Of a stretch of 64,000 nucleotides of DNA, positions 39,068-49,331 are shown piece after piece. Each line of letters opens with the position of its first letter. Position 1 is the stretch's first letter. This DNA comes from Candidatus Calditenuis fumarioli. GTDB lineage: Archaea > Thermoproteota > Nitrososphaeria_A > Caldarchaeales > Calditenuaceae. The DNA lies in NCBI GenBank assembly GCA_030059665.1, contig JANVYR010000002.1:511521-575520 (forward strand). The letters are read 5' to 3'. The translations under genes and the position numbers were made by a program. The notes under the pieces were generated by a model. It was not told the origin of the DNA, made no database searches, and saw only the letters and a list, made by a program, of their open reading frames with translations.

Positions 39068-40306
39068 GTGGCCCTGACTCCTGAGACGCTGGGGGCAGCA
39101 ACGTCGGCCTCCGAGGTCAGGGGGGAGCGGGTGGTCTGCGAGGTCTGCAGGAACGTGGCGAGGTTCTGCAAGCTCTCCAGGTGCCCGTTCTACAGGGACC
39201 TGCTCAGAGAGCTGGAGGTCGAGCGTCAGCTCAGTAGAGAGACGGTCTACGGGCCGACGCCGCCCTTCGTCCTCGTGGGGGAGAGGGGTTACCCGAACGT
39301 CTACTCAGGGCCGCTGGTCTCCCTGCACCCGGAGGTCTCCCTCACGGAGGATCCGAGGGCATGGCTCACCAGGAGCGTTGAGGAGCTGCTGAGGGCCAGG
39401 CTGACGCTGGCCTTCTTCAGGGTTAGGGTCGACGTTCGGAAAGCAGAGAGGCCCGGCAGGTTGGAGGAGGTGAGGGAGGCCGCAGCATCGGTGAAGCCAG
39501 TTGAGGTCGAGGTCCGGCACTCCGGTGCGGTCACGTACAGGCCCGGGTTCGGGCTTCGGGCGATGCCTCACGGCCCTTCGCTGAGGATGGTCGACGCGAA
39601 GACGGTCGGCAACCCCTCGATTCCCAAGAGTGTCGACGAGCTGATCGAGGAGAGGGTGAGGGCCGAGGCGGCCGTGAGGGAGCTCTCGCGGCGAGGCTTC
39701 GACGTCTACTACATCACGAGGCTCCTCTCGTCAGGTCTCCTCGGGTCAGCGTCCCGCAGGATGGTACCGACTGAGTGGAGCATAACCGCGGTCGACGACA
39801 TGCTCGGAAGAGACGCGATACGGAGGGTCAGGAGGCTACCGCCGATCGATGAGTTCAGAGTCTACCGTCACGAGGCGCTCCACAACAGGGCCATAGTGCT
39901 GCTCACGCCGACGGTGTGGATGTTCGAGCTCCTCGAGGGATGGCTGAGGTACCCGGAGGAATCCCCTTACGTCGACCACGAGCTCCACTTCGGCCGGACG
40001 GAATACGCCGAGAACACGGGAGGGGCCTACTACGCGGTGAGGCTCTCGGTCGCGAGGCACCTCGAGAGGATCGGCAGGCAGGCGGGCTCCATCGTCTTCT
40101 TCGAAGTGGGGAGGGGCTGGATACCGCTCGGCGTCTGGAGGTTCAGGGAGATTACAGCGGCAGCGCTGGAGGGCAGGTACGAGAGGTTCGGCGACCTGAG
40201 GGAGGCTTTGGATCACATCGCTCCTTTCCTGGAGATACCGATGGGCAGGTACCTCTCCAAGAGCGCGCTGATCCGGCATCTGACCCGTCAGGGCAGCCTC
40301 CTCTAA
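39068..40306 (+). CDS. nreA: PCNA-interacting DNA repair protein Nre (DUF650/651)
   Basis: CEVC..C..SRCP, VGERGYPNV..GP, VPTEWSITAVDD, GGAYYAVRL, LGVWRFRE, terminal QGSLL PIP-like motif; start GTG 39068. Confidence 0.9.
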   Translation: MALTPETLGAATSASEVRGERVVCEVCRNVARFCKLSRCPFYRDLLRELEVERQLSRETVYGPTPPFVLVGERGYPNVYSGPLVSLHPEVSLTEDPRAWLTRSVEELLRARLTLAFFRVRVDVRKAERPGRLEEVREAAASVKPVEVEVRHSGAVTYRPGFGLRAMPHGPSLRMVDAKTVGNPSIPKSVDELIEERVRAEAAVRELSRRGFDVYYITRLLSSGLLGSASRRMVPTEWSITAVDDMLGRDAIRRVRRLPPIDEFRVYRHEALHNRAIVLLTPTVWMFELLEGWLRYPEESPYVDHELHFGRTEYAENTGGAYYAVRLSVARHLERIGRQAGSIVFFEVGRGWIPLGVWRFREITAAALEGRYERFGDLREALDHIAPFLEIPMGRYLSKSALIRHLTRQGSLL

Positions 40307-40369
40307 CGGCACCGGTCGCTCGGAAAACCTTATACGTGCATGGATAGTACTGGACATCGCTGATGGTAC

Positions 40370-43090
40370 ATGAGCGGATATCGTGGTAGGTCAATCGGTT
40401 TGCTGGTGGTCGTCGCAGCCGCGCTGGCGATCGGTCTCCTGATGGCTGCCGTGCCAGCTCATGCTCAACAGGTTCCGAAGGGCCCGTGGGTCGACGAGGT
40501 CAGCTTCTTCGTTGAGCAGGACCAGGCCAAGGCGATCGACATGCTCCTGAAGGGAGATATGCACGTCTACTTCAGGGATCTGAGGGACCGAGAGCTCTTC
40601 AGGCGCGTCAAGGAATCGCCAGACCTCTGGTACGTCTACTCCTACGGGCTCTACTACGAGCTGACCTTCAACCCCGTGGGCCCGGAGTTCCCAGCGACCG
40701 GAAAGCTGAATCCCTTCTCAGTTCCCAGGATCAGGGAGGCCATGAACTACCTCATCGACAGGAACTACATCGCCAGCGAGATAATGGGCGGAATGGCGGT
40801 ACCGAGGTTCACGGCGCTGACGCCCGCGTTCCCCGACTACGCCAGATACGCTGACACCATCAAGCAGATCGAGAAGGAGTATGCGTACAACTTCGAGAAG
40901 GCGAGGCAGATAATCGCCGAGGAGATGAGGAAGCTCGGGGCTGAGCTCCGCGACGGCAAGTGGTACTACAAGGGTGAGCCGGTGACGCTGATCTTCCTGA
41001 TCAGGACCGAGGACCAGAGGAAGCAGATCGGCGACTACGTGGCCTCGCAGCTGGAGAAGCTCGGGTTCACGGTCGACAGGCAGTACAAGACCAGCAGGGA
41101 GGCCTCTCCGATATGGCTCATGGGCAATCCGGCCGACGGCAAGTGGCATCTCTACACCGGAGGCTGGATAGCGACCGCAATCGACAGGAACGAGGGCGGG
41201 ACCAACTTCGGTTACTTCTACACTCCGAGAGGTGCACCTGTTCCGCTCTGGCAGGCCTACAAGCCTGACCCCGAGTTCGACAAAGTTGCTGGTAAGCTCT
41301 GGAACAACGAGTTCTCGACGATCCAGGAGCGCGACGAGCTGGTCAGGAAGGCGCTCTGGCTCTCGATGAAGGACTCGGTCAGGGTCTGGCTCGTCCACCA
41401 GATAGCCCCGTGGCCCGCGAGGAAGGACGTCTCCCTGACATATGACCTGGCAGGAGGCTTCTCTGGCGCGAGGCTCTGGCCCTACACCATAAGGTTCGTC
41501 GACAAGGTCGGCGGATCCATCAAGATAGCTTCCTCGGACCTGCTGGTGGACCCAGTGAATCCGGTTGCCGGGAGCAACTGGATCTACGACCTGTTCTTCG
41601 TCAGGGCGACCTCAGATCCGGCCCTCATGCCCGACCCATACACGGGCCTCTACTGGCCCAACAGGATCAAGAGCGCCGAGGTCTACGTGACCTTCGGGAA
41701 CCCAGTGGGTGCGACCCTCGACTGGGTGACCCTCAGGTTCGTCCCTGAGATCAGGGTTCCTGAGGACGCCTGGTACGGGTGGGACGCCGAGAAGCAGGAG
41801 ATCGTCACCGCACCTCCGGGAACCACGGCGAAGGCCAAGACGGTCGTTTACTTCGAGGACGACCTCTTCAAGCGGAAGTTCCACGACGGCAGCACCTTCT
41901 CCCTCGCAGACATCGTCTACTCGTTCATCCTGAACTTCGACAGGGCTGACCCGAAGAGCCCGCTCTACGACGAGTCCTACGTCCCGGTCTTCGAAGCGTT
42001 CAGGGCCGTCTTCAAGGGCCTCAGGATAGTCAGCAAGGACCCATTGGTGATAGAGGTCTACTCCGACAGGATATACTTGGACGCGGAGTGGATCGCCTAC
42101 GAGGCCGCCTCTTGGTTCTTCACGGACTACACTTATGGTCCTGGACCGTGGCACGTGGTCGCGGTGGGTGCGCTAGCCGAGGAGGCCGGTGAGCTTACCT
42201 TCTCCGCCGACAAGGCCCAGCAGATCAAGGGCGCCGAGTGGATGAACCTCCTCGCAGGTCCCTCGCTGCCCATACTCGCGAAGCACCTCGACCGGGCGAT
42301 ACAGCAGCAGTACATCCCGTACGAGAAGGTCATGAGCAAGTACGTGACAAAGGAGGAGGCCGTCAGGAGGTACCAGAACCTGAAGAACTGGTACCAGAGC
42401 AAGGGCCACTTCCTCGTCGGGAACGGTCCGTTCTACGTCGAGAGGGTAGATCCGACCGCGAAGGTGGTGGTGCTGAAGGCCTTCAGGGAGTTCCCCGACC
42501 CGGCTGACAAGTGGGCAAGGTTCTCGAAGCCCAACATCCCGGAGGTGAAGTTCGCCCAGGTGCCGTCTGCAGTCGAGCAGGGGTTCCCGGCGGAGCTCAG
42601 GCTTTCCGTGACGTTCGAGGGCAAACCCTACAGGACCGCTGACATCGCTTACATCAAGTACATCCTCTCGAGCCCCGCTGGCACATCGGTGGGATTCGCT
42701 GAGCCCGTGACGGACGGCGTCTGGAGGATCGTCCTGAAGCCGGAGGAGACCTACACGATGTCCGTCGGAACCGCGACGATAGAGGCGATAGTGGTCTCCA
42801 AGCTCGTTGGCGTCCCGGTCTCCACCACCGCATCCCTCAACGTCCTGAGCTTCAAGGACGCGGTGCTCAGCGAGATCGCCAAGGCGAAGGCCGACGCCGA
42901 CTCCAAGATCGCCGGCCTCAGGTCCTCCGTCGACAACCTGAACACGCAGCTGAGGGAGATCAACTCAGCCATCCAGGGGGTGCAGGGGAGCGTCTCCCTT
43001 GCGACAGGGCTCGGTGCCGTGGCAATAGTGTTGGCGCTGGTCAGCATAGGGCTGGCTCTGGCCCGGGGAAGGAGAGCGCCCGCGAAGTGA
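40370..43090 (+). CDS. Peptide ABC transporter substrate-binding protein (family 5) with C-terminal coiled coil and TM anchor
   Basis: Signal peptide, NPFSVPRIREAMNYLIDR, FHDGSTFSLADI, NGPFYV, C-terminal TM helix. Confidence 0.92.
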   Translation: MSGYRGRSIGLLVVVAAALAIGLLMAAVPAHAQQVPKGPWVDEVSFFVEQDQAKAIDMLLKGDMHVYFRDLRDRELFRRVKESPDLWYVYSYGLYYELTFNPVGPEFPATGKLNPFSVPRIREAMNYLIDRNYIASEIMGGMAVPRFTALTPAFPDYARYADTIKQIEKEYAYNFEKARQIIAEEMRKLGAELRDGKWYYKGEPVTLIFLIRTEDQRKQIGDYVASQLEKLGFTVDRQYKTSREASPIWLMGNPADGKWHLYTGGWIATAIDRNEGGTNFGYFYTPRGAPVPLWQAYKPDPEFDKVAGKLWNNEFSTIQERDELVRKALWLSMKDSVRVWLVHQIAPWPARKDVSLTYDLAGGFSGARLWPYTIRFVDKVGGSIKIASSDLLVDPVNPVAGSNWIYDLFFVRATSDPALMPDPYTGLYWPNRIKSAEVYVTFGNPVGATLDWVTLRFVPEIRVPEDAWYGWDAEKQEIVTAPPGTTAKAKTVVYFEDDLFKRKFHDGSTFSLADIVYSFILNFDRADPKSPLYDESYVPVFEAFRAVFKGLRIVSKDPLVIEVYSDRIYLDAEWIAYEAASWFFTDYTYGPGPWHVVAVGALAEEAGELTFSADKAQQIKGAEWMNLLAGPSLPILAKHLDRAIQQQYIPYEKVMSKYVTKEEAVRRYQNLKNWYQSKGHFLVGNGPFYVERVDPTAKVVVLKAFREFPDPADKWARFSKPNIPEVKFAQVPSAVEQGFPAELRLSVTFEGKPYRTADIAYIKYILSSPAGTSVGFAEPVTDGVWRIVLKPEETYTMSVGTATIEAIVVSKLVGVPVSTTASLNVLSFKDAVLSEIAKAKADADSKIAGLRSSVDNLNTQLREINSAIQGVQGSVSLATGLGAVAIVLALVSIGLALARGRRAPAK

Positions 43091-43138
43091 GCAACCCAAA
43101 TTCTTTTTAGCAACGTTCCTTTTTTGGTTCTTCAGAGG

Positions 43139-44203
43139 ATGCAACTCCGAGGCGTAGCGCTGTACCTTCTCAAGCGGGGGGTCATCCTCTTCCTCACGGT
43201 GGTCGTAGCGGTCTACGTCACGATACTGATCGCGAACATGGGAGGGTACGTCGACGAGATCGTCAAGAGCGAGGTCCTCTTCAGGGTCTCCACATCGGTC
43301 TACCAGAACCCGGCCTACAGGACGCTGAACGAGACGGCCCTGAAGAGGCTCGTGAACGAGCTGTACGAGAACGAGATCAGGCGGCTCGGCTTCGACCAGC
43401 CCTTCTTCGTCCGCAGCTTCAACTACCTGAAGGACGCGCTGACGCTCGACCTGGGGAGGTCCCTCTTCATCAGCAGCGACAGCGGATCGCGGAGCGTAAG
43501 AATAATACTGCTCGAGAGGTTGCCCAACACGGTCCTGCTCTTCACCACCACCCAGCTCCTGCTCTTCTTCATAGGACTCTTCGGAGGCCTCTACCTGAGC
43601 AGGCGTTACGGCTCCCGGGTTGACAGGACCATCTCGCTGCTGGCACCCCTCTCCTCCCTTCCCGGGTGGTTCTACGGGCTCTTCCTGATCCTGATCTTCG
43701 CCTCGGTCCTGAGGCTGCTCCCCTACGGCGGCATGGTGGACATACCTCCTCCGACCGACAGGTTCGCCTACGCCCTCAGCGTCCTGAAGCACATGATACT
43801 CCCGGTGATGTCGTGGCTACTGGCCTACAGCTTCCTCGGCATCTACACCCGCCGAACCTTCTTCCTGATCTTCTCGAGCGAGGACTACGTAGAGGTGGCC
43901 AAGGCCAAGGGCCTTCCTGAGGACCTGGTGCGGAGGAGGTACATCCTCAGGCCGACGCTGCCTCCGATAGTCACGGACTTCTCCCTGACGCTGATCTCCT
44001 CCTGGCTCGGAGCGATCGTCACCGAGACGGTCTTCAACTGGCCGGGAATAGGCAGGCTCTTCTACGAGGCGGCTGTGCTCTTCGACACTCCGGTGATCGT
44101 GGGGCTCGTTGTGATCTACTCGTACCTCCTGGCCGTGACCGTCTTCGTTCTCGAGATCGTTTACGCGATCCTCGATCCCAGGATCAGGACGGGTGTTGCG
44201 TGA
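43139..44203 (+). CDS. oppB: Peptide ABC transporter permease (OppB/DppB)
   Basis: DLGRS, RLPNTVLL, EDYVEVAKAKGL, TETVFNWPGIG, LDPRIR. Confidence 0.92.
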   Translation: MQLRGVALYLLKRGVILFLTVVVAVYVTILIANMGGYVDEIVKSEVLFRVSTSVYQNPAYRTLNETALKRLVNELYENEIRRLGFDQPFFVRSFNYLKDALTLDLGRSLFISSDSGSRSVRIILLERLPNTVLLFTTTQLLLFFIGLFGGLYLSRRYGSRVDRTISLLAPLSSLPGWFYGLFLILIFASVLRLLPYGGMVDIPPPTDRFAYALSVLKHMILPVMSWLLAYSFLGIYTRRTFFLIFSSEDYVEVAKAKGLPEDLVRRRYILRPTLPPIVTDFSLTLISSWLGAIVTETVFNWPGIGRLFYEAAVLFDTPVIVGLVVIYSYLLAVTVFVLEIVYAILDPRIRTGVA

Positions 44204-45609
44204 TGTCGTCCGGACTTCGGGAGAACCTCAGGACCATTCTCTCCTACAGGTCAGCGCTGATCGGCATAGCCGTTATACTCGCCCTGGTGGCGGTCTCCGT
44301 TTACACTGTGATCGCGATACCATACGAGGAGGCGGTCAGGCTCTGGAGGGGCGGAGAGCAGCACTGGCTGGACACTCCGAGGTACGCGTACCCGACCTGG
44401 TACTCCTTCCTGCTCCAGAAGAGGTTGCCCGAGACGATAATCAGGGACACAACCAAACCGGGACCGGGTGTGTACAAGGTCGTCGTCCCGGCCGGCGAGA
44501 CGATCAGGATCCTCAGGATAGACGCGGAGTTCACCTTCGATTACGACGACTTCCCCTCGGAGATCAACGTCTTCTACACCGTGAGGTTCAACAGGTCCGC
44601 ACCGCAGATAACGTTGACCTGGATAAAGCCCGACGGGACCAGGATCGAGCTGAGGAAGTTCACACCAAGCTCGGATGGTGCATACTACGTCAGCTCCGAT
44701 GCGGCCTTGACCTCGAGGGAGGTGGAGAGGTTGGTGGCTGAAATCGGAGGGAAGCCCAACTACGAGCTCTCGCCGACGATAACGCTCTTCGCGGTGGAGG
44801 ACCAGACGCTTCTCGACAGGAACACGGCCCGGGTGATGAAGGGGGTGTACAGGCTCTCGGTGGAGGGGCTGATGTTCGACCCGCAGAGCGACTTCGACCT
44901 GAAGCTGGTGGTCTACGGGAAGGTGTACGGTTGGGCTGGTACGGACTACCTACGCCGTGACATCGGGATAGCGCTGCTCTGGGGGACGCCCATAGCCCTC
45001 GCGTTCGGGATGATAGCGGCCGTATCGGTAGCTCTGATACAGATGTCGATCGGCGCGGTAAGCGCCTGGTTCGGAGGTGCGGTCGACAACGCCATCCAGC
45101 GCGTCACAGAGGTCTTCATAGTGCTCCCGTTCCTGCCCACGCTGATCATGGTCTCGACGCTCTACAAGATCGACATCTGGACCCTTCTCTTGGTGATCGT
45201 CCTGCTCCTCTCTTTCGGGCCGGGCGTGAAGAACTACAGGGCCCTCTTCCTTCAGCTGAAGGAGTCGCAGTACATCGAGGCCGCGAGGGCCTACGGAGCC
45301 AGCTCCCCCAGGATAGTCCTCCTTCACCTAGTTCCGAGGGTCATACCTACCATGATACCGTCCATAGTCTTCTCGGTTGCGGACTTCGTCTTCCTCGAGG
45401 CAGCGCTGGCGATACTCGGGATAGGCGATCCTAGGACGCCCACGTGGGGGAAGGTGATACAGGACTCGTTCTACGGCGGTGCGCTCTTCAAGGGACTTTA
45501 CTACTGGACGCTCCAGCCGGCGTTTCTGCTGCTGATCACCTCTTTGAGCTTCGCGCTCGTGGGGCTCGCGCTGGACAAGGTGTTCAATCCGAGGCTGAGG
45601 GAGGTGTGA
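44200..45609 (+). CDS. oppC: Peptide ABC transporter permease (OppC/DppC) with large extracytoplasmic loop
   Basis: GTDYLRRD, EAA motif YIEAARAYGAS, EAALAILGIGDP..TWG. Confidence 0.92.
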   Translation: MMSSGLRENLRTILSYRSALIGIAVILALVAVSVYTVIAIPYEEAVRLWRGGEQHWLDTPRYAYPTWYSFLLQKRLPETIIRDTTKPGPGVYKVVVPAGETIRILRIDAEFTFDYDDFPSEINVFYTVRFNRSAPQITLTWIKPDGTRIELRKFTPSSDGAYYVSSDAALTSREVERLVAEIGGKPNYELSPTITLFAVEDQTLLDRNTARVMKGVYRLSVEGLMFDPQSDFDLKLVVYGKVYGWAGTDYLRRDIGIALLWGTPIALAFGMIAAVSVALIQMSIGAVSAWFGGAVDNAIQRVTEVFIVLPFLPTLIMVSTLYKIDIWTLLLVIVLLLSFGPGVKNYRALFLQLKESQYIEAARAYGASSPRIVLLHLVPRVIPTMIPSIVFSVADFVFLEAALAILGIGDPRTPTWGKVIQDSFYGGALFKGLYYWTLQPAFLLLITSLSFALVGLALDKVFNPRLREV

Positions 45610-45815
45610 GCGCGTTGAGCAAGATCAGAACCGATGCGAAGGAGGTGATAACGGGCGGTTCGATGATGGCCGCGGCGTTCGTATTGGCCTTCCTCATGGT
45701 GGTCGGGGTCATCGAGAAGGACCTGCTCCTGAGCTTCCTCGCCTACGCCGTCTCCCTCGCGGGCTTCGCGGTCGGCGTCCACGGCGTCTTCGGGCTTCAG
45801 AGGTCAAGGGGGTGA
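45606..45815 (+). CDS. Small 2-TM membrane protein inside the opp operon
   Basis: GTG overlaps the oppC TGA (GTGA); MSALSKIRTDAKEVITGGSMMAAAFVLAFLMVVG..LLSFLAYAVSLAGF. Confidence 0.7.
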   Translation: MSALSKIRTDAKEVITGGSMMAAAFVLAFLMVVGVIEKDLLLSFLAYAVSLAGFAVGVHGVFGLQRSRG

Positions 45816-45821
45816 GGGGTC

Positions 45822-46814
45822 TTGCCGGCCAGCTCCTCGGACGACTACCTCCTGCACGTCAGGGACCTGATCCTGCACTTCTCCACGAGGAGGGGCATCG
45901 TCAGAGCCGTCGATGGGGTCTCCTTCTCGGTCAGGAGGGGTGAGACGCTCGCGATAGTGGGGGAGAGCGGCTCGGGCAAGTCGTCCACCGCGCTCGGGAT
46001 CGTCAGGATCCTTCCGAGGAACGTGGCGCGCTACACCGGATCGATCGTCTTCGACGGCATGGAGCTGATGCGGATGGACGAGGAGGAGTTCAGGAGGAAG
46101 GTCAGGATCGGAGGGATCTCGATGGTCTTCCAGGGAGCGATGAACTCCTTGAACCCGGTGCTGAGAGTCGGTTTCCAGGTGGCCGAGTCGCTGATCGTGA
46201 ACCTGCGGGTCCCGAAGCAGGAGGCGCTGAGGAGGGCGGAGGAGGCCCTGGAGCTGGTCGGACTGAACAGATCTGTTGCGCAGAGGTACCCCCACGAGCT
46301 GAGCGGGGGAATGAAGCAGAGGGCCCTGATAGCGATGGCCCTGATAACGAACCCGAAGCTCGTGATCCTGGACGAGCCGACGTCAGCCCTCGACGTCATG
46401 ACGCAGGCCAACATCATGAACCTCCTCAAGCGGCTCAAGCGTGATCTGGGCCTCACCTACATCTTCATCACGCACGACCTGGCCCTCGCGAGCGAGCTGG
46501 CCGACAGGGTGGCGGTGATGTACGGCGGCAGGATAGCAGAGCTGGGACCGGCAGACGAGGTATATCCGAGGCCGAGGCACCCGTACACGAAGCTGCTGAT
46601 AGAGAGCGTCCCGTTCCTCCGATATGACAGGCCTCCTACCTTCATACCCGGATCGCCTCCGGACCTGATCGAGCCTCCATCTGGGTGCAGGTTCCACCCG
46701 AGGTGCCCGTACTTCATGAAAGGGAAGTGTGACGTTCAGGAGCCTCCGCTCTTCAGGGCCGACGGGGAGCACTGGGCTTCGTGCTGGCTGCTGGAGGAGG
46801 GAAGGGATGCCTGA
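45822..46814 (+). CDS. oppD: Peptide ABC transporter ATPase (OppD)
   Basis: GESGSGKS, YPHELSGGMKQR, ILDEPT, ITHD, CRFHPRCP. Confidence 0.95.
   Translation: MPASSSDDYLLHVRDLILHFSTRRGIVRAVDGVSFSVRRGETLAIVGESGSGKSSTALGIVRILPRNVARYTGSIVFDGMELMRMDEEEFRRKVRIGGISMVFQGAMNSLNPVLRVGFQVAESLIVNLRVPKQEALRRAEEALELVGLNRSVAQRYPHELSGGMKQRALIAMALITNPKLVILDEPTSALDVMTQANIMNLLKRLKRDLGLTYIFITHDLALASELADRVAVMYGGRIAELGPADEVYPRPRHPYTKLLIESVPFLRYDRPPTFIPGSPPDLIEPPSGCRFHPRCPYFMKGKCDVQEPPLFRADGEHWASCWLLEEGRDA
46677..46750 (+). repeat. 74-bp direct repeat, copy 1 (oppD 3' end)
   Basis: 71/74 identical to 47662-47735. Confidence 0.9.
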
Positions 46815-47802
46815 GGGGCCCCTCGTCAGGACGGAGGACCTGAGGGTCTACTTCCCGGTGAGGAAGCTCTTCAGGACCGTCGGTTACGTCAGGGCTGTTG
46901 ACGGTGTCAGCCTGAGCATCGGCCGGAACGAGACGGTCGCGCTCGTAGGCGAGAGCGGCTCCGGGAAGACCACCTTCGGGAGGGCGCTGCTGGGGCTCGT
47001 CAGACCGACCTCGGGCAGGATCCTCTTCGACGGAACGGACATCGCATCGATGTCGGAGAAGGAGCTGAAGCGGGTGAGGAGGAGGATGGGCATCGTCTTC
47101 CAGGACCCGTACGCCAGCCTCAACCCGACCTTCACCGTCTACCGGATCGTGGAGGAGCCCCTGGTGGTCAACAGGATAGGGACCAAGGAGGAGAGGAGGG
47201 AGATGGTGATGAGGGCACTGGAGGAGGTGAAGCTGAACCCTCCGGAGTTCTTCGCGTCGAAGTACCCGCACATGCTCAGCGGCGGTCAGCGGCAGCGCGT
47301 CGCCATAGCGAGGGCGATCATCACGAGGCCAGAGTTCGTGGTGGCCGACGAACCGGTCTCGATGCTGGACGCCTCCATCAGGGTGGAGATATTGCTGCTG
47401 TTCAGGGAGATCCAGCGGAGGCACGGCGTCTCCTTCCTCTACATCACCCATGACCTGGCGACGGCCAAGTACTTCTCCGACAGGATCGCGATCATGTACG
47501 CTGGGAAGGTCGTGGAGGAGGGCCCGACGAGGGCGGTGCTCTCGGAACCCCTCCATCCCTACACGCAGGCGCTGATCGAGGCGATACCCGACCCGGACCC
47601 GATGAACAGGTTCAAGATGAGGGAGGTGGTTCCAGGTCAGCCGCCGAGCCTGCTGAACCCGCCATCTGGGTGCAGGTTCCACCCGAGATGCCCGTACTTC
47701 ATGAAAGGGAAGTGCGACGTTCAGGAGCCGCCGCTTTACGACCTCGGGGGTGGCAGGAAGGTGGCGTGCTACCTGCTCGAGGACAGGGCAGCGGGAAGCT
47801 GA
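46807..47802 (+). CDS. oppF: Peptide ABC transporter ATPase (OppF)
   Basis: GESGSGKT, YPHMLSGGQRQR, VADEP, ITHD, CRFHPRCP; ATG 46807. Confidence 0.95.
   Translation: MPEGPLVRTEDLRVYFPVRKLFRTVGYVRAVDGVSLSIGRNETVALVGESGSGKTTFGRALLGLVRPTSGRILFDGTDIASMSEKELKRVRRRMGIVFQDPYASLNPTFTVYRIVEEPLVVNRIGTKEERREMVMRALEEVKLNPPEFFASKYPHMLSGGQRQRVAIARAIITRPEFVVADEPVSMLDASIRVEILLLFREIQRRHGVSFLYITHDLATAKYFSDRIAIMYAGKVVEEGPTRAVLSEPLHPYTQALIEAIPDPDPMNRFKMREVVPGQPPSLLNPPSGCRFHPRCPYFMKGKCDVQEPPLYDLGGGRKVACYLLEDRAAGS
47662..47735 (+). repeat. 74-bp direct repeat, copy 2 (oppF 3' end)
   Basis: 71/74 identical to 46677-46750. Confidence 0.9.
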
Positions 47803-47880
47803 GTCCCTTGTCTGATCCCAACGCTGCAACGCTACCTTTTCGGCCCCTCAGGTCTCTGCCCCCGGAGCGTTGATAAGGGG

Positions 47881-48657
47881 GTGCGCGAGACGGAAGGCGA
47901 GTTGTCCTTCAGGCTCACGCGAAACGTCACGGGCGGGAGACCGACGATCGTGGCGCTGCCCGACGTGGGGTTGGTGGGCGTCATAGCGGCCTCCTTCATG
48001 ATCTCCAACTCGAGGAGCGAGGTGATAGGGAGCATCGAGCTCGAGGACCAGCCGCCGGTGGCGGTGGTGCAGGAAGGGAGGGTGCTGGACCCGATAAGGA
48101 TCTACGAGCTGAGCACCGAAGGCGGCGCGGCCTTCAACGCCGTCTACTCCGACATACCGGTTCCTCCGGCCCTCTCGTGGCAGATCTCGGAGGCCATCAT
48201 GGGCTTCGCGGGGAGCGCTGACTCGAGGGAGCTCGTGGTTCTCGGAGGGCTGCCCGAGCCCAACAGGATCAACATCGAGCGGCCCAGGGTCTTCGTGATC
48301 TCGAGCGATCCCGAGTACACCAACAGCGTGGCGCAGAAGGGCGAGGTCGAGGTCTTCGAGATGGGGTACATCACCGGACCGAACGCGGCCCTGCTGAAGA
48401 TGGGGAGGGAGAGGGGGATAAGGGTGCTGCTCGTTCTGGCCCAGGCGCACCTGAACTACCCCGACCCTGGGGCATCCGCAGAGGTGATCACGTTCCTCAA
48501 CCGCGTCTATGGCACATCCTACAACATCCAGCCCCTCATGGAGCAGGCCGAGTCGATCAGGTTGCAGCTCCGGGACCTGATGCGGAGGACGGCCGCCTCC
48601 CTCACGAGGGGCCCGAAGGGCCTCGAGCTTGAGGCCCCTCCAGGATACATCAGGTGA
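47881..48657 (+). CDS. PAC2-family proteasome assembly chaperone homologue
   Basis: ALPDVGLVGVIAA, P..RIY, VLGGL, GYITGPNAALL, YPDPGASAEVI. Confidence 0.85.
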   Translation: MRETEGELSFRLTRNVTGGRPTIVALPDVGLVGVIAASFMISNSRSEVIGSIELEDQPPVAVVQEGRVLDPIRIYELSTEGGAAFNAVYSDIPVPPALSWQISEAIMGFAGSADSRELVVLGGLPEPNRINIERPRVFVISSDPEYTNSVAQKGEVEVFEMGYITGPNAALLKMGRERGIRVLLVLAQAHLNYPDPGASAEVITFLNRVYGTSYNIQPLMEQAESIRLQLRDLMRRTAASLTRGPKGLELEAPPGYIR

Positions 48658-49228
48658 ACTCTGCGACTATTTTCTTGTATATGGAGCGGTAATAGAGCAG
48701 CGATGCAGAGATCAACGCCGCGACCAGTACCGAAATCGAGGCCATCATGAATGTGCCATCGAAGGTCATGGACTTTGCGGCTTCGAGGATCGATGCAACG
48801 ACAACGCCCAGCATGGCAGCTACGAACAAAGGGACGAGCGCAAGCATCACGAAGATCCTGTCGATGTACTCCCGTTTCCGCTTCCCGTCGGTGATTCTGC
48901 CCAGGATGAGGGTCAGCGCCGGGAGGTTGATCAGGTACGGGTACCGCTCGACGATCTTGTGCCGGTGGATCGCCATAACCGAGATGAGTGCCACCACGCC
49001 GAGCCCGATGCCGTTCACGATCGCCAACGGCGTGAGGAGCTCCTCCTTGGGTCCGATCTCAGGTCTTCCTCCTGGACCGAAGTCCACCGCGACCAAGTCG
49101 GGGAGCATCGAGTACTCGACCGCGGAGTAGGCGACGACCGCGAACATCAGCAGGAATCCAAGCGCAATTGAAGCGAGGATGAACCTCCCCGGATCTGCCA
49201 ATCTCAACACCCATGTAAGAAGGGGCAC
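48650..49228 (-). CDS. Membrane protein (DUF1648-like)
   Basis: 4 TM; LPDLVAVDFGPGGRP resembles the DUF1648 motif. Confidence 0.65.
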   Translation of the reverse strand: MPLLTWVLRLADPGRFILASIALGFLLMFAVVAYSAVEYSMLPDLVAVDFGPGGRPEIGPKEELLTPLAIVNGIGLGVVALISVMAIHRHKIVERYPYLINLPALTLILGRITDGKRKREYIDRIFVMLALVPLFVAAMLGVVVASILEAAKSMTFDGTFMMASISVLVAALISASLLYYRSIYKKIVAEFT

Positions 49229-49331
49229 ACCTCGCTCATGAATTTCGCTGTCACCTGGGGGAGGAGCAGGGCCGGATCAGAGGGCGACGAGCCACGACCC
49301 GAAGATTGAAACCATCGGCGATGGGTTCACG

